In this document: positions 1 to 8,722 of the stretch, in pieces
Numbering within the stretch: position 1 is the first letter of the stretch
Layout of the letters: each line of letters opens with the position of its first letter
NCBI GenBank assembly: GCA_964441745.1
Contig: CAYTYR010000007.1
Location: 62,001-102,305 of the forward strand
Direction of reading: 5' to 3'
Length of the DNA: 40,305 nucleotides
Origin: an uncultured Clostridia bacterium
GTDB lineage: Bacteria > CAYTYR01 > UBA6262
The notes under the pieces: model-generated
What the model saw: only the letters and a program-made list of their open reading frames with translations
Database searches by the model: none
What the model was told of the DNA's origin: nothing
Program-made: the position numbers and the translations under genes

Positions 1-1
1 C

Positions 2-241
2 CTGAAAGCGGTTATTGGCAAGGGCCGTTTGAGTGATCAAACCAGGGAGTCTTTTAAAAAGCACCAGGCAGTATATTTTCTTGCTCCAGGCGGGTGCGGG
101 GCGCTATTGGCCGATAAGGTAAAAAGCATGACCTTGGTAGCGTATCAAGACTTAGGTTGTGAAGCCATCTATCAGTTGGAAATAGAAGATTTCCCCGTGA
201 TCGTTGGGATTGATCCTAAAGGACGGAGCGTATATCATTAA
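2..241 (+). CDS. Fe-S hydro-lyase (class I fumarate/tartrate hydratase) beta subunit, 5'-truncated by window edge
   Basis: Frame is open from base 2: LKAVIGKG-R...AVYFLAPGGCGALLA...DLGCEAIYQLEIEDFPVIVGIDPKG, the typical C-terminus of the beta subunit. Stop overlaps the ndk ATG (TAATG). Confidence 0.85.
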   Translation: MKAVIGKGRLSDQTRESFKKHQAVYFLAPGGCGALLADKVKSMTLVAYQDLGCEAIYQLEIEDFPVIVGIDPKGRSVYH

Positions 242-684
242 TGACCGAGAGAACCCTGATCATAGTTAAACCTGATTCCCTGAGTAAAAGGGTCGGAGGA
301 AAAGTACTGAATGCTTTAGAATCGTGCGGCTTACAGCTGGTGGCCTGCAAAATGCTGCAATTATCCAGGCCCAGCGCCGAAGATTTTTACGGGGAACATA
401 AGGGTAAAGAATTTTATGAACCACTGGTTGCATTTATGTCCAGTAATCCCTGCATCGTCACTGTTTGGGAAGGCGAAGGGGCGATCAAGAAAGCCAGGGA
501 AGTCATCGGCGCGACAGATCCGGCTCAGGCTAATGACGCCACGATCAGGAAAATGTATGCTACTGATAACCGCCATAACGCGGTGCATGGCTCAGACAGC
601 CTTAAATCAGCGGCACGGGAAATAGCCTTTTTCTTTAATCACGAAGAGATTTTCCCCTGGACTGAGAAAGTATACAAAAAATAG
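241..684 (+). CDS. ndk: Nucleoside diphosphate kinase
   Basis: ERTLIIVKPD, IGATDP and NAVHGSDS (catalytic His) motifs. Confidence 0.97.
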   Translation: MTERTLIIVKPDSLSKRVGGKVLNALESCGLQLVACKMLQLSRPSAEDFYGEHKGKEFYEPLVAFMSSNPCIVTVWEGEGAIKKAREVIGATDPAQANDATIRKMYATDNRHNAVHGSDSLKSAAREIAFFFNHEEIFPWTEKVYKK

Positions 685-686
685 GT

Positions 687-727
687 CTTCAAACCAAACT
701 TACTTCCAAACCAAATACCCAAAGACT
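687..727. repeat. Right arm only of hairpin repeat family B
   Basis: cttcaaaccaaacttacttccaaaccaaatacccaaagac aligns with the 3' arms at about 10746-10785 and 23008-23046. Confidence 0.6.
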
Positions 728-745
728 TAATTGAAAAGGTGTGAT

Positions 746-1975
746 ATGAAGATTCTTGTTTTAAATTGCGGTTCTTCCAGTATTAAATACCAATTTATCA
801 GCATGACTACGGAAAAAGTACTGGCGAAGGGGCAGATCGAGCGCATTGGTACTAATCAGGCTGTCCTGACCCATTATTTTGAGGATGGCAAGAGCGCCAA
901 GGTCGTAAGCGATATCCCGGATCATAACAAGGCCATCGAGGTCGTGATCAGTACCTTGACCAATGCCGATTACGGGGTTATCAGAGATAAGCAGGAGATC
1001 AAGGCGATCGGGCACCGGGTGGTGCATGGCGGTGAAAAATTCGCCAGCAGTGTGTTTATTACCGACGAAGTGAAAGATAAGATACATGATTGCATAGAAC
1101 TGGCTCCTTTGCACAATCCACATAATTTTCGCGGGATCAACGCCTGTGGTGAATTACTGCCGGGTGTGCCGCAAGTTGCCGTCTTTGATACTGCTTTTCA
1201 CCAGACTATGCCGGCGCCAAGCTATTTATACGCCTTACCTTATAGCGAATACCAGGTCCACAATATCAGGCGGTACGGATTTCACGGGACCAGCCACAGG
1301 TATGTCAGCGAGCGGGCGGCTAAATTAATGAAGACCCGCCCTGACCAGATCAAAGTCATCACCTGCCATTTGGGCAACGGCTGCAGTATCTCAGCGATAG
1401 ACAAGGGTAAATCAGTTGATACCTCCATGGGCTTTACCCCGCTGGAAGGATTGGTTATGGGCACCCGCTGTGGCGATATTGACCCGGCCATAATCTTTTA
1501 TATCGCCTCTAAACAAGGTCTTTCGGTCAGTGAAATAGACAATTTATTGAACAAGCATAGCGGCCTGGATGGAATTAGCGGTATTTCCAATGATATGCGG
1601 GAGATCCTGAAACAGATGAATGCCGGCAATGACCGGGCTAAACTGGCGGTGGATATATTTTGCTATCGTTTAAAAAAATATATTTGCTCTTATTACGGCA
1701 TCATGAACGGGGCCGACGCGCTTATTTTTACCGCCGGCATAGGGGAAAATGCGGACCAGATCCGGGAAATTACCTGTACGGGACTGGAATGTATCGGGAT
1801 CAAGATTGACCCGGCTAAGAATAAAAATGCCAATGGCACAGAAACCTTAATATCCGCGAAATCATCGAAAATGGATATTTTTGTGATCCCGACGAATGAA
1901 GAGCTGATCATTGCGCGCGATACCAAGAAAATAGTGGATAATATGAACAAAGCAAATAAAGATAAAACGGAGTAG
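746..1975 (+). CDS. ackA: Acetate kinase
   Basis: MKILVLNCGSSSIK, GHRVVHGG, PLHNP, FDTAFH, RRYGFHGTSH, IPTNEE. ATG at 746 follows AAAGGTG and is preferred over TTG at 731. Confidence 0.97.
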   Translation: MKILVLNCGSSSIKYQFISMTTEKVLAKGQIERIGTNQAVLTHYFEDGKSAKVVSDIPDHNKAIEVVISTLTNADYGVIRDKQEIKAIGHRVVHGGEKFASSVFITDEVKDKIHDCIELAPLHNPHNFRGINACGELLPGVPQVAVFDTAFHQTMPAPSYLYALPYSEYQVHNIRRYGFHGTSHRYVSERAAKLMKTRPDQIKVITCHLGNGCSISAIDKGKSVDTSMGFTPLEGLVMGTRCGDIDPAIIFYIASKQGLSVSEIDNLLNKHSGLDGISGISNDMREILKQMNAGNDRAKLAVDIFCYRLKKYICSYYGIMNGADALIFTAGIGENADQIREITCTGLECIGIKIDPAKNKNANGTETLISAKSSKMDIFVIPTNEELIIARDTKKIVDNMNKANKDKTE

Positions 1976-1977
1976 GA

Positions 1978-2817
1978 ATGTACAAAATACTTAATAAGCG
2001 GGAACTGGCGCCAAGCGTAAAATTTATTGAAGTGGAAGCCAGGGATATAGCGGCTAAAGTGCAGCCCGGGCAGTTTGTGATCCTGCGCCTGGCTGAACCC
2101 GGCGAGAGGATTCCCCTGACGGTAGCTGATTTTAACCGGACTAAAGGAACGATCAGCATTATTTTCCAGGAGATCGGCAAGACCACTAAAGAACTTGGAC
2201 TCTTAAAAGAGGGTGACAGCATAACCAATGTAGTTGGCCCCCTGGGGCAACCAACCCATATTGCTAAAGTCGGGACCGTTGTTTGCGTCGGTGGCGGGGT
2301 AGGGACCGCCTCTATGTATCCGATCACCAGGGCGTTTAAAGAAGCCGGAAATAAAGTGATCACGATCATCGGCGGCCGCAGCCAGGATTATATTATCTGG
2401 GAAAAAGAGATCGGGGCGATCAGTGATGTTTTGATCGTAACGACTGATGACGGGTCATACGGGGAAAAGGGACTGGTGACCAAACCGCTGGAAGAAATGA
2501 TCAGGAAAAGTGAAAAGATAGACCAGGTTATCGCGATCGGTCCGGTGATTATGATGAAAGCCGTAAGTCATTTGACCAAAGGCTGCGGCATTAAAACAAT
2601 GGTCAGTCTCAACCCGATCATGCTTGATGGCACTGGTATGTGCGGCGTCTGTCGCGTGGAAGTGAACAATGAAACTAAATTTGCCTGTTTCCATGGTCCG
2701 GATTTTGACGGCCATCTGGTAAATTTCGATCTCTTAATGCATCGTTTAAAAACCTATCCCAATGAAGAAAAAATATCTTTGGAGAAATGCGAGAATTGCC
2801 GTTGTGACCATAATTAA
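1978..2817 (+). CDS. nfnA: NfnA/SudB-type FAD/[2Fe-2S] subunit of electron-bifurcating transhydrogenase
   Basis: PGQFVILR, GERIPLT, GPLGQP, GGGVG, TDDGSYG and MLDGTGMCGVCR..C motifs; adjacent to an NfnB-type gene. Confidence 0.88.
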   Translation: MYKILNKRELAPSVKFIEVEARDIAAKVQPGQFVILRLAEPGERIPLTVADFNRTKGTISIIFQEIGKTTKELGLLKEGDSITNVVGPLGQPTHIAKVGTVVCVGGGVGTASMYPITRAFKEAGNKVITIIGGRSQDYIIWEKEIGAISDVLIVTTDDGSYGEKGLVTKPLEEMIRKSEKIDQVIAIGPVIMMKAVSHLTKGCGIKTMVSLNPIMLDGTGMCGVCRVEVNNETKFACFHGPDFDGHLVNFDLLMHRLKTYPNEEKISLEKCENCRCDHN

Positions 2818-4192
2818 TCCTAAGCAGACTCCAATGTCCAAGCAGGAGCCCCAAGTACGCGCTAAAAACTTTAATGAAGTAGGACTAGGATATACCAAAG
2901 AAGAAGCCATCGCTGAAGCTAAACGATGCCTGAAATGCAAAAAGGCTATGTGCATATCCGGTTGTCCGGTTAATGTTGATATACCCGTATTTATAGCGTC
3001 TATTATGGAAGGCAATTTTGATGCCGCCTTGCAGTCTATTAAAGCCAAAAACAGCTTGCCCGGGGTTTGCGGCCGGGTTTGCCCGCAGGAAGACCAATGC
3101 GAAAAAAAGTGTATTTTAGGCCTTAAGAATGAACCGGTTTCTATCGGCCGGCTGGAACGGGCGGCCGCTGATTTTGGCCAAGTCAATACCCCAGTTCCAG
3201 CTAAGGCTGCAAAAGAAAAAGTAGCTGTAGTTGGAGCAGGGCCGGCAGGCTTGACTATTGCCGGGGATTTAGCCAGGCTCGGCTACCAGGTGACTATTTT
3301 TGAAGCCCTGCACAAGGCAGGCGGCGTGCTGGTCTATGGCATCCCGGAATTTCGCCTGCCCAAAGCGATCGTTGACCAGGAAGTGGAAGCCATTAAAAAA
3401 CTGGGCGTAGATTTAAGGGTTGACCAGCTGATCGGCCGCACGTTCACGATTGCTGACCTGGAAAAAGACGGGTATAAAGCGATCTTTGTTGCCAGCGGGG
3501 CTGGTTTTCCTAAATTTATGAACATTCCCGGGGAAAACCTGAACGGGGTGTATTCAGCCAATGAATTCCTAACCAGGGTAAACCTGATGAAAGCGTACCT
3601 TTTCCCTGGTTACGATACGCCGATCAAAAAGGCTAAAAGAGTAGCGGTAATCGGCGGCGGAAATGTGGCTATGGATTCGGCGCGCACCGCCCTGCGCCTG
3701 GGAGCGGAAAAAGTATTTAATGTCTACCGGCGTTCCCGCAAGGAGATGCCGGCCCGGGTAGAAGAGATCGAGAACGCCATTGAAGAGGGCATTCAGATGG
3801 AATTCCTGGTAAATCCCATCCGCATATTGGATGACGGCAATGGCTGGGTAAAAGGCTTGGAATGCCTGCGGATGGAGCTGGGCGCCTGTGACGAAAGCGG
3901 GCGCTGCCGTCCGGTACCGATCAAAGGCAGTGAGTTTATCTTAGATGTAGAGCAGGTGATCATCGCGATCGGGACCTCGGCCAATCCCTTGATCTCAACT
4001 ACCACCCCGGACCTGAAAGTTAACAAATGGGGTTATGTCGAAGCTGAAGAAGCAACGGGCCAGACTTCCAAAACCGGGGTTTTTGCCGGCGGCGATATTG
4101 TTACCGGGTCAGCGACGGTGATCTCCGCCATGGGCGCGGCCCGGAAAAGCGCCGAAGCGATAGCGGAATATTTAGAAAGAAGTAAAAAATAA
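2804..4192 (+). CDS. nfnB: NfnB/SudA-type (GltD-like) FAD/[4Fe-4S] subunit
   Basis: RCLKC...C..GCPV, CGRVCPQEDQCE, GAGPAG, YGIPEFRLPK, GGGNVAMD, GGDIVTGSATV. Start is uncertain; GTG 2804 chosen, ORF open from 2762. Confidence 0.88.
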   Translation: MTIINPKQTPMSKQEPQVRAKNFNEVGLGYTKEEAIAEAKRCLKCKKAMCISGCPVNVDIPVFIASIMEGNFDAALQSIKAKNSLPGVCGRVCPQEDQCEKKCILGLKNEPVSIGRLERAAADFGQVNTPVPAKAAKEKVAVVGAGPAGLTIAGDLARLGYQVTIFEALHKAGGVLVYGIPEFRLPKAIVDQEVEAIKKLGVDLRVDQLIGRTFTIADLEKDGYKAIFVASGAGFPKFMNIPGENLNGVYSANEFLTRVNLMKAYLFPGYDTPIKKAKRVAVIGGGNVAMDSARTALRLGAEKVFNVYRRSRKEMPARVEEIENAIEEGIQMEFLVNPIRILDDGNGWVKGLECLRMELGACDESGRCRPVPIKGSEFILDVEQVIIAIGTSANPLISTTTPDLKVNKWGYVEAEEATGQTSKTGVFAGGDIVTGSATVISAMGAARKSAEAIAEYLERSKK

Positions 4193-4196
4193 AAAA

Positions 4197-4236
4197 TACC
4201 CCTCCTAGATTTCTACGAAATCTAAACAGGGGGGTA
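4197..4236. repeat. Intergenic hairpin (C-run / inner stem / G-run palindrome), possibly a terminator
   Basis: TACCCC-TCC-TAGATTTC-tac-GAAATCTA-aac-AGGGGGGTA; same architecture as 21807-21844. Confidence 0.6.
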
Positions 4237-4273
4237 AATTAGACCAAAAAAGGTCAAATTTAGGAGGAAATAA

Positions 4274-4513
4274 ATGGCAAATCCAAAAAGAAGGCACTCA
4301 GTCTCACGCCGGGACAAACGCCGGGCGCATTGGCGTAAAGTGGAGACCCCCAATCTGGCGATCTGCCCGCAGTGCAAGGAACCCAAATTGCCTCATCGCG
4401 TCTGCGGTAATTGCGGATACTATAATGGTATCGAGGTAATCAAAATCAAAGCCAAGAAAGAAAAAGGCAAAGAAAAGGAAAAAGAAACTAAGCCTACTAA
4501 AGAAGGGGCGTAA
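4274..4513 (+). CDS. rpmF: 50S ribosomal protein L32, zinc-ribbon form with Lys/Glu-rich tail
   Basis: MANPKRRHS.SRRDKRR, CPQC...HRVCGNCGYY; AGGAGG RBS; directly precedes plsX. Confidence 0.96.
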   Translation: MANPKRRHSVSRRDKRRAHWRKVETPNLAICPQCKEPKLPHRVCGNCGYYNGIEVIKIKAKKEKGKEKEKETKPTKEGA

Positions 4514-4515
4514 AC

Positions 4516-5538
4516 ATGCGCTTAGTTCTTGATGCAATGGGCAGTGATAATTCTCCGGCAGTCGAAATAGAAGGAGCATTACAGGCCAGCGCAGAGATAG
4601 ACGCGGAGATCATCCTGGTAGGCCAGCAGAAAGCGATCGAGACAGAACTGGCCAAACATAAATCGCCGGCAGGCAAGATCAGCATCGTCAATGCTAACGA
4701 GGTTATTGAGATGCATGAAAGCCCGGCTCAGGCGTGCCGTCAAAAACAGAATTCCTCGATCATGGTTGGTACCAGGCTGATCAAGGAAGGAAAAGCCGAC
4801 GCTTTTGTCTCTGCCGGCAATAGCGGAGCAGTCATGACCGCCGGCTTGATGAATTTGAAGCGTTTAGCCGGAGTGTCACGGCCAGCGATCGCGACCTTAT
4901 TGCCGACGCTGGACGGGGTCTGCCTTTTGATTGATGCCGGCGCTAATGTCGACTGTAAGCCAAAGCATCTTTTGCAGTTTGCGATCATGGGCGATATTTA
5001 TTCCCGTTATATACTGGATAAATTAAATCCCAGCATCGGACTGCTCAGTATCGGTGAAGAAGAAACCAAAGGCAATGAATTAACGGCCGAGGCTTTTGGC
5101 CTGATTAAAAAAACATCGCTTAATTTCGCCGGCAATATTGAAGGCCGCGATATTATTAAAGGCAAAGTCGATGTCGTGGTTTGCGACGGGTTTGTCGGTA
5201 ACGTAGTGTTGAAATTCGCCGAAGGGCTTTCGGAAAGCCTGTTCCATTTGATCAAAGAGGAAATAGAAAAGAAAATTATCCGTAAAGCAGGAGCTCTTTT
5301 AATTAAGCCGGCTTTCAAGGAAATAATGAAACGCCTGGATTATGCTGAATATGGCGGAGCGCCTTTGCTGGGTTTGAACGGGGTCTGTATCATCGGACAT
5401 GGCGCCAGTAACGCTAAGGCTGTTAAAAATGCCTTAAAGGTTTCGTCTGAATCAGTAAAAACTGACATTAACCAGCATCTGAAAGAAGAGATTAAATTAT
5501 ACGATTGGGAAGAGGGTAGCAATGGGAACAACAATTAA
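4516..5538 (+). CDS. plsX: Phosphate acyltransferase
   Basis: LDAMGSD, SAGNSGA, DAGANVD, IGEEETKG, DGFVGN, YGGAPLLG. Confidence 0.97.
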   Translation: MRLVLDAMGSDNSPAVEIEGALQASAEIDAEIILVGQQKAIETELAKHKSPAGKISIVNANEVIEMHESPAQACRQKQNSSIMVGTRLIKEGKADAFVSAGNSGAVMTAGLMNLKRLAGVSRPAIATLLPTLDGVCLLIDAGANVDCKPKHLLQFAIMGDIYSRYILDKLNPSIGLLSIGEEETKGNELTAEAFGLIKKTSLNFAGNIEGRDIIKGKVDVVVCDGFVGNVVLKFAEGLSESLFHLIKEEIEKKIIRKAGALLIKPAFKEIMKRLDYAEYGGAPLLGLNGVCIIGHGASNAKAVKNALKVSSESVKTDINQHLKEEIKLYDWEEGSNGNNN

Positions 5539-6517
5539 AGCTGCTATTACCGGAACAGGATCGTATTTGCCGGAAAAAATATTAACTAATGCGGATTTGG
5601 AAAAAATGGTTGAGACTTCTGATGAATGGATCACGACCAGAACCGGGGTTAAGGAACGGCGCATGGCCGCTCCGCAAGAAGCAGCCAGTGACCTGGGAGC
5701 AGAAGCAGCCCGGAAAGCGCTTAAAGAAGCTAATCTGCAAGCTGAGGATATAGATTGCCTGATCGTAGCGACCATTACTGGAGATATGCCTTTTCCTTCT
5801 ACTGCCTGTTTTATCCAAAATCTTATCGGCGCCAAAAATGCGGCGGCTTTTGATGTCTCTGCTGCCTGCACTGGCTTTATTTATGCTCTCAGTATTGGCA
5901 AGGCCTATATTGAAAATAAAACCTACAAAAAAATATTAATTATCGCTGTCGATTTGCTCTCTCGCGTCACCGATTGGACTGACCGGGGTACTTGTGTCTT
6001 ATTCGGCGACGGGGCGGGAGCGGTAATACTGGAACCATCGAACAGCGAATTTGGAATTGAGTCAATTTATATCGGCGCGGATGGCCGGCAGACTCATCTT
6101 TTATATCAGCCCGGAGGAGGTTCACGAACTCCGGCTACAGGAAAATCCGTAACTGATAAGCAGCATTACATTAAAATGAGCGGCAATGAGGTTTTCAAGT
6201 TTGCGGTAACCGCGATGATCGATTCGGCCCGTAAGGCGATGGGAATGGCAAATCTTAAATGTGAGGATATTAAATTACTGATACCGCATCAAGCCAATAT
6301 CAGGATCATTGAAGCTACCGCTAAAAGGCTTAAATTGCCCGTAGAAAAAATATTTGTGAATATCCAAAAATATGGTAATATGTCCGGCGCAACTACCGCT
6401 ATTGGGCTGGATGAAGCTTTCCGTGAAGGCCGGATCAAAAAAGGCGATTATGTGGAACTTGTCGCTTTTGGCGCCGGACTTACCTGGGGAGCAGCAGTGA
6501 TCAAGTGGGGAATTTAA
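5522..6517 (+). CDS. fabH: 3-oxoacyl-ACP synthase III
   Basis: AACTGF (Cys), FGDGAGA, PHQAN, YGNMS, FGAGLTWG. Confidence 0.97.
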   Translation: MGTTIKAAITGTGSYLPEKILTNADLEKMVETSDEWITTRTGVKERRMAAPQEAASDLGAEAARKALKEANLQAEDIDCLIVATITGDMPFPSTACFIQNLIGAKNAAAFDVSAACTGFIYALSIGKAYIENKTYKKILIIAVDLLSRVTDWTDRGTCVLFGDGAGAVILEPSNSEFGIESIYIGADGRQTHLLYQPGGGSRTPATGKSVTDKQHYIKMSGNEVFKFAVTAMIDSARKAMGMANLKCEDIKLLIPHQANIRIIEATAKRLKLPVEKIFVNIQKYGNMSGATTAIGLDEAFREGRIKKGDYVELVAFGAGLTWGAAVIKWGI

Positions 6518-6522
6518 AATAC

Positions 6523-6601
6523 GGCGTAAAGCGTATAGCGTTAAGCGTATAGTTTTGAGCAAGATATTTTCTACACGCTATCCGCTATCCGCTACACGCT
6601 A
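6523..6601. repeat. Heptamer tandem-repeat hairpin, family A
   Basis: 4 x (A/G)GCGTWW at 6523-6552, an 18-nt loop, then 4 x YMCGCTA at 6574-6601. Confidence 0.85.
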
Positions 6602-6615
6602 GTTTAAGGAGTTTC

Positions 6616-7554
6616 ATGACAAAGAAGATTGCTTTTATGTTTCCTGGGCAGGGTTCCCAGTATGTTGGGATGGGGCGGGAATTATATAATAAATACGAAC
6701 TGGCCAGGGAGCTTTTCTATCAGGCAAATACGGTCTTAGGCTATGACCTGACCAAAATCATGTTTGAAGGACCGATTGAAACCTTAACCCAGACTCAGTA
6801 TACCCAGCCGGCTATTTTTACCCTGAGCGCCGTGCTTACGGCAGTATTAGCAGAACAAGGAATAAAACCGCAAATTGTCGCCGGCCATTCTTTGGGAGAA
6901 TATGCGGCTCTATCCGCCAGCGGAGTTATCGATTTTGCGGAGGGTCTAAAGCTGGTACAGATACGCGGCGAGCTGCTTCAGGAGAGTGTCCGTCAGCATC
7001 CAGGGACCATGGCCGCGATTATCGGGCTGGATGATGACAAAGTAAAAGCAATCTGTGAAAATATTAAACCCGGTGTGGTCGAGGCAGTTAATTATAATTG
7101 TCCGGGACAGCTGGTAATCGCCGGTGAAACAGCAGCAGTGCAAGCGGCCATGGAAGAAGCGCAAAAAGCTGGGGCCATGAAAGTTATTCAACTGCAGGTT
7201 TCCGGTCCCTTTCATTCCAGTTTAATGCGCGACGCCGGAGTACAGCTGGAAAAAGAACTAGCTGCTTTTGCCCTGCGTAGTCCGGTGGTGCCGATCGTAG
7301 CCAATTATCACGCGAAATTCATCCAGAATGCCGCGGCAGCGAAAGATGCTATGGTCAAACAGGTATATTCGCCTGTCCTGTGGAAAGAATCAGTAGGGCA
7401 GATTATTAATGATGCCGCCGAATTATTTATTGAAGTCGGTCCGGGTAAAACGCTTTGTGGGTTATTAAAAAGGATCCAACGGAAGATGCCTTGCGCTAAT
7501 GTGGAAAATGAAAAAACATTACAAGATCTTATAACTCAAGTAACAAAAGTTTAG
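6616..7554 (+). CDS. fabD: Malonyl-CoA:ACP transacylase
   Basis: FPGQGSQ, TQPA, GHSLGEY, GPFHS. Confidence 0.97.
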   Translation: MTKKIAFMFPGQGSQYVGMGRELYNKYELARELFYQANTVLGYDLTKIMFEGPIETLTQTQYTQPAIFTLSAVLTAVLAEQGIKPQIVAGHSLGEYAALSASGVIDFAEGLKLVQIRGELLQESVRQHPGTMAAIIGLDDDKVKAICENIKPGVVEAVNYNCPGQLVIAGETAAVQAAMEEAQKAGAMKVIQLQVSGPFHSSLMRDAGVQLEKELAAFALRSPVVPIVANYHAKFIQNAAAAKDAMVKQVYSPVLWKESVGQIINDAAELFIEVGPGKTLCGLLKRIQRKMPCANVENEKTLQDLITQVTKV

Positions 7555-7589
7555 AATTTCGAAATTAGAATTTAGAATTTGATTTAGAA
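7551..7589. repeat. Heptamer tandem repeat (TTAGAAT)n
   Basis: ttagaat-ttcgaaa-ttagaat-ttagaat-ttgat-ttagaa, beginning at the fabD stop codon. Confidence 0.75.
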
Positions 7590-7605
7590 CAGGGGGTGAT
7601 GTAGC

Positions 7606-8355
7606 TTGAAATTAGCAGGTAAAGTAGCTATTGTAACCGGAGCGGCACAAGGCATCGGTAAAGAAATTGCCACTGCCCTGGCCCAGGAAGGTTCTGATCT
7701 TGTCGTCGTAGATGTCAATCTTGAACAGGCGGAAAAGACGGCTCAGGAGCTGGCCGCTTTGGGCCGCCAGACCATGGCCGTGAAAGTTGATGTTTCCAAT
7801 AGTACCGAGGTCGACGAAATGGTTAATAAAATCCTTGACAAATTCGGTAAAATAGATATATTAGTAAATAACGCTGGTGTAACGAGAGATAACCTGCTTT
7901 TACGCCTGAAAGAGGAAGACTGGGACCTGGTGATCAGGATCAATCTTAAAGGTACCTTTAATTGCCTGAAAGCAGTTACCCGGCCGATGATGAAAACCAG
8001 AAGCGGTAAGATCGTTAATATTGCCTCGATCATCGGTATTGCCGGCAATGCCGGGCAGGCCAATTATGCTGCCAGTAAAGCAGGGGTTATAGCTTTGACG
8101 AAAAGCGCGGCCAAAGAACTTGCTTCGCGTAACATAAACGTTAATGCTGTTGCTCCTGGTTTTATCCAGACCGCTATGACCAATGTTTTGCCTGAGGCAG
8201 TGAAAGCAGAAATGCTGAAGCGCATACCCCTGGCCAAACTGGGAGAAGTAAAGGATGTGGCCAAGGCGGTCTTGTTCCTGGCAGGTCCGGATTCTGATTA
8301 TATTACCGGGCAAGTTATTGTTGTAGATGGCGGAATGGTCATGAATTTCATGTAA
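7606..8355 (+). CDS. fabG: 3-oxoacyl-ACP reductase
   Basis: TGAAQGIG, NNAGVTRD, YAASK, APGFI; TTG start after AGGGGGTG. Confidence 0.96.
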   Translation: MKLAGKVAIVTGAAQGIGKEIATALAQEGSDLVVVDVNLEQAEKTAQELAALGRQTMAVKVDVSNSTEVDEMVNKILDKFGKIDILVNNAGVTRDNLLLRLKEEDWDLVIRINLKGTFNCLKAVTRPMMKTRSGKIVNIASIIGIAGNAGQANYAASKAGVIALTKSAAKELASRNINVNAVAPGFIQTAMTNVLPEAVKAEMLKRIPLAKLGEVKDVAKAVLFLAGPDSDYITGQVIVVDGGMVMNFM

Positions 8356-8384
8356 GCAATAAAAAACCAAGTGGGAGGTAGTCA

Positions 8385-8621
8385 ATGTCAGTTGAAGATA
8401 AGGTTAAAGAGATCATCATTGAGCAGCTGGGAGTAGATCCGGAAGAGGTTACCAATGATGCCAGTTTTATCAATGACCTGGGAGCAGATTCTTTGGATAC
8501 AGTAGAGCTGGTGATGGCGCTCGAAGAAGAATTTGATATAGAAATACCCGATGAAGAAGCGGAAAAACTGCAGTCAGTAGGACAGGCGATCGACTATATT
8601 AAAGCACACACAAATGCATAA
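8385..8621 (+). CDS. acpP: Acyl carrier protein
   Basis: [14 protein letters not shown] phosphopantetheine site. Confidence 0.98.
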   Translation: MSVEDKVKEIIIEQLGVDPEEVTNDASFINDLGADSLDTVELVMALEEEFDIEIPDEEAEKLQSVGQAIDYIKAHTNA

Positions 8622-8637
8622 TTGCACGGGCACTTTT

Positions 8638-8688
8638 ATAAACACGGATCTTATTTGATAATCTATTATCCATAGGGTCCGTGTTTAT
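8638..8688. repeat. Intergenic hairpin between acpP and fabF
   Basis: ataaacacggatc / ggtccgtgtttat, a 13-bp stem with one G-T pair, followed by degenerate tgtgtttta repeats. Confidence 0.65.
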
Positions 8689-8722
8689 TGTGTTTTATTG
8701 TGTCAGTCCGAAAGAGGTATAC

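Noticed and set aside
2762-4192. Glutamate synthase small subunit (gltD)
   Set aside because: There is no gltB, and pairing with an upstream NfnA-type gene indicates NfnAB/SudAB
8681-8722. N-terminal extensions from the ORF track (fabF, also ackA, ribE, cyclophilin, FDR)
   Set aside because: Downstream ATGs have an RBS and match the family N-termini; the extensions run through intergenic DNA
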